Source: Bacilli bacterium
Lineage (GTDB): Bacteria; Bacillota_I; Bacilli_A; RFN20; CAG-826
DNA: 63,436 nucleotides
NCBI GenBank assembly: GCA_045601325.1
Contig: JAZRZI010000038.1
Coordinates: 1 to 63,436 of the forward strand
Reading direction: 5' to 3'
Shown one piece after another: positions 19,500 through 27,616 of this stretch. A model generated the notes under the pieces. That model was not told the origin of the DNA. It saw only the letters and a list, made by a program, of their open reading frames with translations, and did no database searches. Made by a program: the position numbers and the translations under genes. The first letter of the stretch is position 1; each line of letters starts with the position of its first letter.

Positions 19500-20738
19500 T
19501 TAGTTACCTTCTTTCAAATAAACAACTTTGTTATCAATAACAGTTACTAGGTTTAAACCTAGTACTTCAACCCCTTTAAACGGGGTGGATTTCCCTTTAG
19601 ATATAAATGTATTTGGATCAATAATTGATTTGTTTTTTAAATCCCATATAGAAAAAGAATTATTGAATGGGATAGAAAATCTCTTGCGAGGATTTATTAC
19701 TATCAAATCCAATAATTTTGAAAAAGTTATAATATTCTTTTTTACTAAATATGTATATAGGAGAGGAAAAGCAGTTTCTATTCCTACGATGCCGAAGGGA
19801 GAGTCTTTAAGCCCTTTGCTTTTTTCTAGCTCGCTATGGGGCGCGTGGTCTGTCGCAATCATATCGATGGTGCCATCTTTAATACCTTCAATAAGAGCAA
19901 GTTGATCGTTTTTCTTTCTTAGAGGTGGGTTCATTTTGAAGTCCCCGGATTCCTTTAAGTCTTCTTCACACAATAGCAAGTAATGGGGAGCGGTTTCACA
20001 AGTGATATCCACCCCTTCTTTTTTGGCTTGCCTAATTAATTCGACACTCTCTTTAGTGGATATGTGACAAACATGATATTTACATCCTGTTTCTTTGGCC
20101 AATTTAATATCTCTTTCAATTTGAAGATATTCACTTTCGTTACAAATGCCTAAATGATTGTGGGCTTTAGAATATTCACCTTCATTTATATATCCACCTT
20201 TTAACAAAGAATTAACTTCACAATGAGCGACGATAATCTTGTTAAGAGATTTGGCTTTATTCATCGCTTCTTTCATCAATTCTTCACTTTGTAGGCCTCT
20301 TCCGTCATCAGAAAAAGCGATAACCATATCCTTGGTCAGCTCTAATGGTGATAGTTCTTCTCCTTTTTCGTTAATAGAGATAGAACCATAAGGATAAATA
20401 TCAATAACCGAATCTTTATTGATAATGTCTAGTTGAGATTGAATATGTTCGATGGTATCGGAAACAGGATTTAAGTTAGGCATCGTGCAAACGGAAGTAT
20501 ATCCCCCATGCGCAGCCGCTAAAGAACCGCTAGCGATAGTCTCTTTATAAGAAAAACCTGGCTCTCTGTAATGAACATGAACGTCACAGAAGCCAGGAAT
20601 TGCGATATATCTTGAGCTATTAAAATTTGAATGAGTTTTTATGAAGGAATAGACAGCATTCCCAATGAGTCGTTTTTTGAGGATTTTAATGCCGCTATTT
20701 TTCTTCATAGAAATGATTTTCTTTATAAGAATATACAT
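19500..20738 (-). CDS. pyrC: dihydroorotase
   Basis: Metal-binding DVHVHYREPG and ATDHAPHS motifs. The first ATG (20738) overlaps a near-consensus -10 box, so the functional start may be the ATG at 20706-20708 (MKKNSG...). Confidence 0.9.
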   Translation of the reverse strand: MYILIKKIISMKKNSGIKILKKRLIGNAVYSFIKTHSNFNSSRYIAIPGFCDVHVHYREPGFSYKETIASGSLAAAHGGYTSVCTMPNLNPVSDTIEHIQSQLDIINKDSVIDIYPYGSISINEKGEELSPLELTKDMVIAFSDDGRGLQSEELMKEAMNKAKSLNKIIVAHCEVNSLLKGGYINEGEYSKAHNHLGICNESEYLQIERDIKLAKETGCKYHVCHISTKESVELIRQAKKEGVDITCETAPHYLLLCEEDLKESGDFKMNPPLRKKNDQLALIEGIKDGTIDMIATDHAPHSELEKSKGLKDSPFGIVGIETAFPLLYTYLVKKNIITFSKLLDLIVINPRKRFSIPFNNSFSIWDLKNKSIIDPNTFISKGKSTPFKGVEVLGLNLVTVIDNKVVYLKEGN

Positions 20739-20758
20739 TTATAACGATGTCGAGTCAA
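20730..20758 (-). promoter_or_regulatory. candidate sigma-A promoter of the pyr operon
   Basis: On the minus strand: TTGACT (20753..20758), a 17-nt spacer, then TATATT (20730..20735). Confidence 0.4.
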
Positions 20759-20875
20759 GATAATATATTACTTTTAAAAAAGTTCATATGTAGTGCACAA
20801 TTATTTTTCCTATTTTGTTTAACTGTTGATGTTTACTATATATAATATAGGCAATAGTGAATAACGGCGAATATC

Positions 20876-22054
20876 ATGGATAGCGAATTTAAATTAGGAT
20901 TTTGGAACTATTTGCAAGTAGGAGTGCTTCCTACCAATATAGTAGATAAATGGGTAGATATTGGCTGCAATCTATTCATGTCTTTCCGTTTTCAAGAAGG
21001 AATTTCTAAAAAAGAAGACATGATTGCGTTATTAGATAAAGCTCATTCTGTTGGTAAAAAAGTCATCATTAACGATTCTAGAAACGAGTATCTTCGCTTA
21101 AAGACTATGTCTAGAGAAGAATTTAGAAAGGGTGTTCAAGAATCTATAAAAGATTTTGGTAGTCATCCCGCTACTTATGGTTTTTATGGAGGGGACGAAC
21201 CTTTTAAAGATCAGGAGGAGAACTTCTCATACACAATGTCTTTACTGAAAGAATTAAGTCCTAATCTCCACCACTATGGAAACCTTTTGCCTTATTGGTC
21301 GGGTCTTCTTTGGGAAGAAGGAGAAAAAGATAGAGAAGATTCTTATTATCTAAATAAAATAGAAAAGATCGTTAAAGATGGCAATTTAGACATTCTCGCA
21401 TTTGATCAATACACCCAATGTTATGATGAAACCGCCGATCAAAAAGATGGCATTAAAAAATATTTCCTAGGAATGGCAAACTTTTTAAAAGTCTCTCGTA
21501 AATATAACATTCCTTTATATGTCTCTTTACTAGCAATTGAACACTTCAATTATAGAGAACCTAGTGAACACGACATTAGATGGCAAATACACACATGTGC
21601 CACTATGGGGGCCAAAGGTGTAATTTGGTTTTATTTCCATACCGACAATAACGATGTTGATTTCTTTAATCCTCCATTTTTAGGCGAAAAAGCCTTAATC
21701 ACGCCTATGTACGGAAAGATTCAAAGACAACAATATTTATTTAACGAAAGGTACAAGAAAACTTTTGATAATATCGAGGTCGAAAGATTCTATTTTTTAA
21801 ATGATGATATTGGGAAAGAATATCGTTTTGACGCAAGCAAAGAAGAACTAATAGAAAGATTAGATGTTAAATATAAAGATCGCCTCGCTTTAGTGTCAAT
21901 CGCTCACTATTTAGATAATCCTAATAAAAAAATCGCAATCGTTATGAACTGCGATCAAAAATTCACAAATGCGTTCTCCTTGTATCCCGTCAACAAAGAA
22001 GCTAAACACTTCGACTTATCTGCAGGAAATCTAAAAATATTTGAATTAAGTTAA
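20876..22054 (+). CDS. putative (beta/alpha)8 glycoside-hydrolase-like protein, uncharacterised family, cytoplasmic
   Basis: 392 aa, no signal peptide. Shares an ordered motif set with 36978..38315: GGDEP/EWDEP, AFDQY/SYDFYP, and EHDIRWQIHTCATMGAKGVIWFYF versus EGEIYWQVSTSLAYGCKGFQYFCF. Confidence 0.5.
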   Translation: MDSEFKLGFWNYLQVGVLPTNIVDKWVDIGCNLFMSFRFQEGISKKEDMIALLDKAHSVGKKVIINDSRNEYLRLKTMSREEFRKGVQESIKDFGSHPATYGFYGGDEPFKDQEENFSYTMSLLKELSPNLHHYGNLLPYWSGLLWEEGEKDREDSYYLNKIEKIVKDGNLDILAFDQYTQCYDETADQKDGIKKYFLGMANFLKVSRKYNIPLYVSLLAIEHFNYREPSEHDIRWQIHTCATMGAKGVIWFYFHTDNNDVDFFNPPFLGEKALITPMYGKIQRQQYLFNERYKKTFDNIEVERFYFLNDDIGKEYRFDASKEELIERLDVKYKDRLALVSIAHYLDNPNKKIAIVMNCDQKFTNAFSLYPVNKEAKHFDLSAGNLKIFELS

Positions 22055-22084
22055 TTATAGTTTGATTCATCAAATAACATTGGT

Positions 22085-23863
22085 CTATTGGACAATGTTT
22101 TTGTTTTGAGTAAGCGAATAGTAGAAATCCACCATTCTATCAACCCAACCATCTGCAAGTGTGTCTTTAGCTATGCCCCATCCGTGAACATCGCTAGAAA
22201 ATTGTTCGAAAGAGAATTCTATATTATTCTTCTTTAATGCTTCAATAAGCCTTATAGAGTTTTCAAATGGCACAACATTATCGTTTTCACATTGCCATAT
22301 AAACATATTAGGAGTGTTTGTGTAAATGTGATGATTGATTGATCTTTCTATTATTTCTTCGTTGGTTTGTTTTTCACCCAATAAGTTATTTCTGGTTCCG
22401 TCGCAAAGAGATAAATCTACGACTGGATAGCCTAAAACAAGCAGTCCTGGTTTTAAGATGTTGCTGTGTTCGTATCCATAATTGTCTGTAGCTAATTCTC
22501 CCACTAGATGAGCACCGGCGGAGAAACCTACTACAATATAACTAGACATATTAATGTTAAATCTACCTTGGTGGGTTGTTAATTGTTTAATCAAATCCAC
22601 CAACTCATTTATCGATTCCCTGGCGTTTTCATTAACGGAATAAGAGAAAGAAACTACTGTAAAACCCTTCTTATATAATTCAGTACTTACTGGTAAATCT
22701 TCAGGAAGTGTGCAAACAGAAGAGTAGCCCCCTCCTGCCATAACGATTGCAACTTTTGATAAGTTTTCTTGTTTTAATAGCAAAGCGCTGTAGCCTTTTC
22801 TTTTAATGGTTAGGGTTAAACGCTTCATCTTTAATTCTTTTAAGAGATTCAAAGAAGATATCACTGGTTCTTTAGGCCAAGCACCAACACCAAAAGGAAT
22901 GATTTTATCGTTCAGTAGCTTTTTATAATCGTCTATATAGCTAAGAAGATGATAACTATATATAGATAGTTCTTTGTCTTCGATTAAGTCCTTGTATGTT
23001 GAATTAATATTGAATGTGTGTGCGGTGGTGTTAGTAACCTCAGGAATATATATGCCTTTCTTATATAGTTCTGGATAGTATTTATAATTAATATCTCTAT
23101 CTAGAACATAATTCATATATACCCTTAGCATCAAAGCAAAAAATGGATAGATGATAATGATTAAAAGCGACAAGATAATGTATTTAATAAATATATTAGT
23201 AATTCCTAAAACCAATAAAGGTGTAGAAAACACCAATGAGAAAAGAACCAAGAAAATAAAATTCTTAATAAATATAAGCGCTGAGTTATAAAAAGAATCT
23301 CTTATTTTCCAATCATAAATAGATGTTGTTTCTATTTGAATTAATAGCAAAGGGAAAAAGAGAGTCTGCAATATACCTAGAGGTATGTATGAAGCAAAAC
23401 TTGCTCTAAAGTTAGCAATAATAAAATAGCAACCAAATAGCAAAGCGGAATATATCAAAAAGAAAACAAAGTTTGTCTTAATATTATTCTTAACCCCTTT
23501 AGCGAAATCATGAAAGAAGAATACCGGTTCTTCTCTTGATAGCAAAAGCATCACTCTAGATAGGCCACTGACACCAATCATTGTGATTAATAACACCACA
23601 CTAGAGCCTAAAGCAAAATATATCTCGCTAGTAACTTTTAATGCCTCTTTTTCTTCGTCGCTCATAGAGGAAGCGGCAAGTCCAAGTGTGTAATAATCTT
23701 TAAAGAAAAGCACCGCCAACAAAGGAAGAGCAAACACAAGAAAAAGCAAACCATATCCAACTAGTTTTCGCCAGTTTTGTTTACAAGAATCAAAGTATAA
23801 TTCCCTATAATTGCCTGGTAATTTACTTGTTTGTGATGAATAACTGCTTTTTTGTTTTTTCAT
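22085..23863 (-). CDS. membrane-anchored alpha/beta-hydrolase (esterase) with N-terminal DUF624/YesL-like polytopic domain
   Basis: Aa 1-260 contain about six TM helices. The C-terminal half has the nucleophile elbow VVGFSAGAHL, acid CENDNVVPF and His DVHGW. The ATG overlaps the upstream stop (ATGA). Confidence 0.7.
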   Translation of the reverse strand: MKKQKSSYSSQTSKLPGNYRELYFDSCKQNWRKLVGYGLLFLVFALPLLAVLFFKDYYTLGLAASSMSDEEKEALKVTSEIYFALGSSVVLLITMIGVSGLSRVMLLLSREEPVFFFHDFAKGVKNNIKTNFVFFLIYSALLFGCYFIIANFRASFASYIPLGILQTLFFPLLLIQIETTSIYDWKIRDSFYNSALIFIKNFIFLVLFSLVFSTPLLVLGITNIFIKYIILSLLIIIIYPFFALMLRVYMNYVLDRDINYKYYPELYKKGIYIPEVTNTTAHTFNINSTYKDLIEDKELSIYSYHLLSYIDDYKKLLNDKIIPFGVGAWPKEPVISSLNLLKELKMKRLTLTIKRKGYSALLLKQENLSKVAIVMAGGGYSSVCTLPEDLPVSTELYKKGFTVVSFSYSVNENARESINELVDLIKQLTTHQGRFNINMSSYIVVGFSAGAHLVGELATDNYGYEHSNILKPGLLVLGYPVVDLSLCDGTRNNLLGEKQTNEEIIERSINHHIYTNTPNMFIWQCENDNVVPFENSIRLIEALKKNNIEFSFEQFSSDVHGWGIAKDTLADGWVDRMVDFYYSLTQNKNIVQ

Positions 23864-24456
23864 AAATTAAATAAGATTTTACTAACACTTAAAGCATGGT
23901 CGGTTTTACCTTCGTTTAAGTTTCCAAGATTTGGACTTTTATAATTATAGAATAAATAATAGTCGTCTTCACTTAGTTGGTTAGAGTATGTTACATAGTC
24001 TTTAAAGTATCCATCTTTAAGGATGTGGTCATAAACTTTAATACCTTTAATACTGTTTTCGAAACTTAAATAAGATAATTCAGACTCAAAATATTCATTT
24101 AAATATGATTCGTCTAAAGTTTGAAAATGAAGATACATTGCTTCGATATCACCCACAAAAGATGATGGCAATATATAAAAATCCATTTCTTGTTTAGTTG
24201 TCTCAAAAACATAAGAGAAACTAGATGAACCATAGAAAGAGAATGTAATGTTAATTTGTTTAATGTCTTTAGATGATTTTTCTTCTAATTCTTTATCTAA
24301 ATTGGTCACTAAAGCATCATAGGTACCTAAAAAGAAATTGATCTTTTCTAGTTTGCTAGGACTGGTCTTAATAGTAATAGAAAGACAAAACGCCACTACT
24401 GACACACTAATAGCAACCAAATATAAATACCATTTACTTAAGAGTTTCTTCATCAT
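23860..24456 (-). CDS. N-terminally anchored extracytoplasmic protein, unknown function
   Basis: The ORF track begins at 24591, but the ATGATG at 24451-24456 (MMKKLLSKWYLYLVAISVSVVAFCLSI) gives a typical signal-anchor. Overlaps the preceding gene by 23 nt. Confidence 0.55.
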   Translation of the reverse strand: MMKKLLSKWYLYLVAISVSVVAFCLSITIKTSPSKLEKINFFLGTYDALVTNLDKELEEKSSKDIKQINITFSFYGSSSFSYVFETTKQEMDFYILPSSFVGDIEAMYLHFQTLDESYLNEYFESELSYLSFENSIKGIKVYDHILKDGYFKDYVTYSNQLSEDDYYLFYNYKSPNLGNLNEGKTDHALSVSKILFNL

Positions 24457-24931
24457 GCGCCTCGTAATAGACAATAAATGAACTTGCAGTTCTAAGTTTG
24501 ACTTGTTGTCCGACAACAAAAGGACATTCATTAAACTCGTTATCGAGATAACCAACAAATTTAGTGTTATCGTCGTTGATTGTGATTTCATTAACCTTTC
24601 TATTCTTAATTGTGATTGTCTTTTGACTAATTGATGTGATTTTACCCTCTACATCAAACAAATAGCTATTTAGAATATCAATTATAATAGACGAGTCTTT
24701 TTTGTTCTTAATCATTCCAAAAACAAGTAAAACAATTAATATAACAGCAACTATAGATAACAAAAAAGAAAAGATTATCATAATAACCTTCTTATTTTCA
24801 TAAGTAGATAAAATGATTCCACCTATAAAAAGCAAAACATAGACGGCTAAAGAAACATAAAAAGCGATTGATGCTTTCTTGTGATTTTTCTTTTTACTAT
24901 CAAGAATTATTTGGTAATCAAAATGTTTCAT
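24434..24931 (-). CDS. two-TM membrane protein with beta-rich cytoplasmic C-terminal domain
   Basis: 165 aa: basic N-terminus, two TM helices, then VEGKITSISQKTITIKNRKVNEITIN...VVGQQVKLRTASSFIVYYE. The start overlaps the ATPase gene by 14 nt. Confidence 0.55.
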   Translation of the reverse strand: MKHFDYQIILDSKKKNHKKASIAFYVSLAVYVLLFIGGIILSTYENKKVIMIIFSFLLSIVAVILIVLLVFGMIKNKKDSSIIIDILNSYLFDVEGKITSISQKTITIKNRKVNEITINDDNTKFVGYLDNEFNECPFVVGQQVKLRTASSFIVYYEAHDEETLK

Positions 24932-25646
24932 CTTTTAATGTTTCAAAGAAATCTTTAACTTCTTTAGAATCGGATTCTAATATTTCTTCTGTTGTTCCAC
25001 TAGCGATAATTTTACCATTTTCAAGCAAGTAAATATAATCACCTAACGCTGTGGCTTCTTTTAAATCATGGGTAACAAATATGGTCGTGCAACCAAATTG
25101 CCTTAAAGCATCTCTTAAATAGAACCTGATTTCCGATTTGGTTTCTTCGTCAATATTAGAAAAAGGTTCATCAAATAAACAAACTTGAGGTCTTTTTACA
25201 ATTGCTCTTGCGATAGATGCTCTTTGAGCTTGACCAATAGACACTTGTTTGGGTTTTCTAGATAAGTACATATCTATTTTTAAGATCTTTGCAATCTCAA
25301 AAACTCTAGTTTTAATCTCTTCAAAATTAACACCAGTAGATTTCAAAGGATAAGCAATAGATGTAAATAAATCAAAATGAGGATATAAGGCAATGTTTTG
25401 ATTAACATAGCCAATGTTTCTTTCTTTGATTGAAAGATTATCGATCGGTATATCATCGAAATAGATATGCCCATCATAATTATTTAATCCGCATATAGAG
25501 CGAAGTAAGGTGGATTTACCACCGCCCGACTTTCCTAATATTACATGAATTTTGTTAGTCTCAAAACTGACACTCAAACCATTTAGTGCCGGTTCGCTGT
25601 TTTTGCTATATGAAAACGTTAAATTCTCAATTTTTATATAAGGCAT
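24918..25646 (-). CDS. ABC transporter ATP-binding protein (MalK/PotA branch, NBD only)
   Basis: Walker A GKSGGGKST, Q-loop VNQNIALYPH, signature VSIGQAQR (degenerate LSGGQ), Walker B VCLFDEP, H-loop FVTHD. Only 242 aa, so there is no TOBE domain. Confidence 0.9.
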   Translation of the reverse strand: MPYIKIENLTFSYSKNSEPALNGLSVSFETNKIHVILGKSGGGKSTLLRSICGLNNYDGHIYFDDIPIDNLSIKERNIGYVNQNIALYPHFDLFTSIAYPLKSTGVNFEEIKTRVFEIAKILKIDMYLSRKPKQVSIGQAQRASIARAIVKRPQVCLFDEPFSNIDEETKSEIRFYLRDALRQFGCTTIFVTHDLKEATALGDYIYLLENGKIIASGTTEEILESDSKEVKDFFETLKDETF

Positions 25647-25647
25647 A

Positions 25648-27603
25648 TTATATAGTTCTTGGGATACCTATTAACGAGGAAACTAACCAGTCACCTACAA
25701 GTGTGTTTCCGCCTTCATTCAATGCGTTTAAGAAGATGGCGATTCTTCCATCTGGAGAAGCATCACTTGATAATACGGTAGGGTTAATTTCTAACTTAGT
25801 CCATGCTTTTGGTTGAAGCACTGCGCGGGTATAGAAAGGATCATAAATTTCCCAATTCCATTCAGTGTTTCTAATTATCACATTAGCAGGGTTGTTTGTT
25901 GGGTTATAAATGCTAACGACGTAACCATTAGATGAAGGAGCAACATTTGGTTCGGTTGAATATGTTACAGCTTGTTCAATAATTGTTCCATCAACATTAG
26001 TTGGGTCGTTGTTAATCCTAAATCCAGAGACAAAACCAAATCTTTCGTTTTTAACTCCTTTAATAGGTTCAACTTCAGAACCATAGAAGTATTTAGTGAA
26101 ACCACTATCGTATCCGTTTTGTAATGAAACATATCCAGCGCTTCTATAGTGAGATTCTAAAGTTTCTAAAAGTTCGATTTGAGTGGATGTAACAACATCA
26201 TCTAAGTATTGACCTAGTTCGTTATATAAAGTTCTAGCGGTGGTCATAAAACACATATTATCGACGTGCTTATCTTCATCATCGCCGAGTTCATCTATTG
26301 TAGGCAAATTATCAAACGCATACTGCATAAGTGCAATTTTTTCTTCAATAGAACCACCGGTTAAATATGTTGTGCCAAAAAATAAAGTACCTGATGCGGG
26401 AACGATTGTGCCATCGTTAGGAGATTTAAGTTGATCAATGACAAAGAATTCTTGACCAGCAATTTCTCTAGCGCCCACTTTAAAGGTAATTGTTTCTCCA
26501 TCATGAACATCAACGTAAATGTTGTTGAAATAAGAGAACCATATACGAACATAATGTCCTGTTTCATTATGAATGGTTGAAAACATAAAATCGTATCCTT
26601 GCAAGTTTACTAACGGATCAAACTTGAAGTAACTATGAACAGAACCAGAGAATTCAATTTTTGTAGAACCCACAACAGCTTCCTCATCCTTCCAAGCATC
26701 AGAGAAAAAGATAGATGCTTTTGTGTTGAGGTGTGTATAGATGGATGATGTTCCATAGAATTCTGTGGTAGGAATAAAAGTATCATGCTTACCTGTAGGG
26801 GTGTTTGTGGCTTTCTTTAAAGCATAAAAAGCAGCGGTTTTGGCGTTGAAATCATTGATATTAGGCACAATTCTTTTATATAAGCCGGGTATTTTATCAA
26901 TAGCTAACGCCACTTCGTTCAATCTATCATAATCGCTTAATTGAATATTGCTTGTTTCTGGCAAAGCATCAATATCCGCTTTAACTTTATCAACAATTTC
27001 TTTATAGGTTATGTCTTCCTCTGTCATTTCACTTCCTATTTCGGCATGCCAGTTGTCGATATAGAAAGTATAACCAACTTTGTTGTCGTAATCAGTTTCA
27101 GGGGTGTATAACAATAGCGAAGAAGAAATTAATGTATCTTTATTGTTATCTAAAGCGATTTTAGATAATTCGAAAGAAAGGTGATTAAATTCATCTTTTA
27201 TAATATCGAATTCCTTTTCTAATAAGATATCTAATGATTCGTTATTATAAATAATGATTTTCGCAGTAGTGTCAAACAGGGAATCGTTATAAACATCAAT
27301 ATTAATAGATTTAATGTTTGCACCATCCATCTTTCCACTAGATGTATTGGTAAAGAAATGATGCATCTCAAAAGATGTACCAAAATAGTTAGTTAGTTTC
27401 ATGGATTTATTACCATGAGTAACACATTGGTCAGACAGTTCAATTTTCGCTCTATCTGCGTGTGATTTAGAAGGGAATTTCATCAACGAAAGTTCTTGAT
27501 AAGATTCAAAGTCGTTGATCATTCCGTTAGATGGATTACTATTAGACGAACAGCCAGCAAGTGTCGTTAATAGAAGCAAAGGAAGTAAATATATCTTTTT
27601 CAT
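25648..27603 (-). CDS. large lipoprotein with CBM-like N-terminal module, unknown function
   Basis: Lipobox LLLTTLAGC-SSN. The segment NDFESYQ...GNKSMKLT is CBM-like. Helical motifs such as ARTLYNELGQYLDDVVTSTQIELLETLE are shared with 38319..40898. Confidence 0.65.
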   Translation of the reverse strand: MKKIYLLPLLLLTTLAGCSSNSNPSNGMINDFESYQELSLMKFPSKSHADRAKIELSDQCVTHGNKSMKLTNYFGTSFEMHHFFTNTSSGKMDGANIKSINIDVYNDSLFDTTAKIIIYNNESLDILLEKEFDIIKDEFNHLSFELSKIALDNNKDTLISSSLLLYTPETDYDNKVGYTFYIDNWHAEIGSEMTEEDITYKEIVDKVKADIDALPETSNIQLSDYDRLNEVALAIDKIPGLYKRIVPNINDFNAKTAAFYALKKATNTPTGKHDTFIPTTEFYGTSSIYTHLNTKASIFFSDAWKDEEAVVGSTKIEFSGSVHSYFKFDPLVNLQGYDFMFSTIHNETGHYVRIWFSYFNNIYVDVHDGETITFKVGAREIAGQEFFVIDQLKSPNDGTIVPASGTLFFGTTYLTGGSIEEKIALMQYAFDNLPTIDELGDDEDKHVDNMCFMTTARTLYNELGQYLDDVVTSTQIELLETLESHYRSAGYVSLQNGYDSGFTKYFYGSEVEPIKGVKNERFGFVSGFRINNDPTNVDGTIIEQAVTYSTEPNVAPSSNGYVVSIYNPTNNPANVIIRNTEWNWEIYDPFYTRAVLQPKAWTKLEINPTVLSSDASPDGRIAIFLNALNEGGNTLVGDWLVSSLIGIPRTI

Positions 27604-27616
27604 TTATTCTTACCTC

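Noticed and set aside
19498-19500. A hidden or fused carA between pyrC and carB, or within carB.
   Set aside because: The pyrC stop and the carB ATG are separated by 1 nt. CarB has the normal ~1060-aa length with no glutaminase-type extension.
2448-19905. Many 60-125-codon ORFs antisense to or nested in long genes. Examples: 2448..2690, 3496..3783, 6471..6656, 8570..8791, 9731..9919, 10155..10346, 10328..10516, 11734..11937, 13056..13322, 14317..14559, 14949..15182, 15249..15485, 15842..16117, 17090..17308, 17508..17693, 17656..17871, 19528..19905.
   Set aside because: These are shadow ORFs inside well-supported genes (pyr genes, gdhA and others). They have low-complexity or odd composition, no SD and no motifs.
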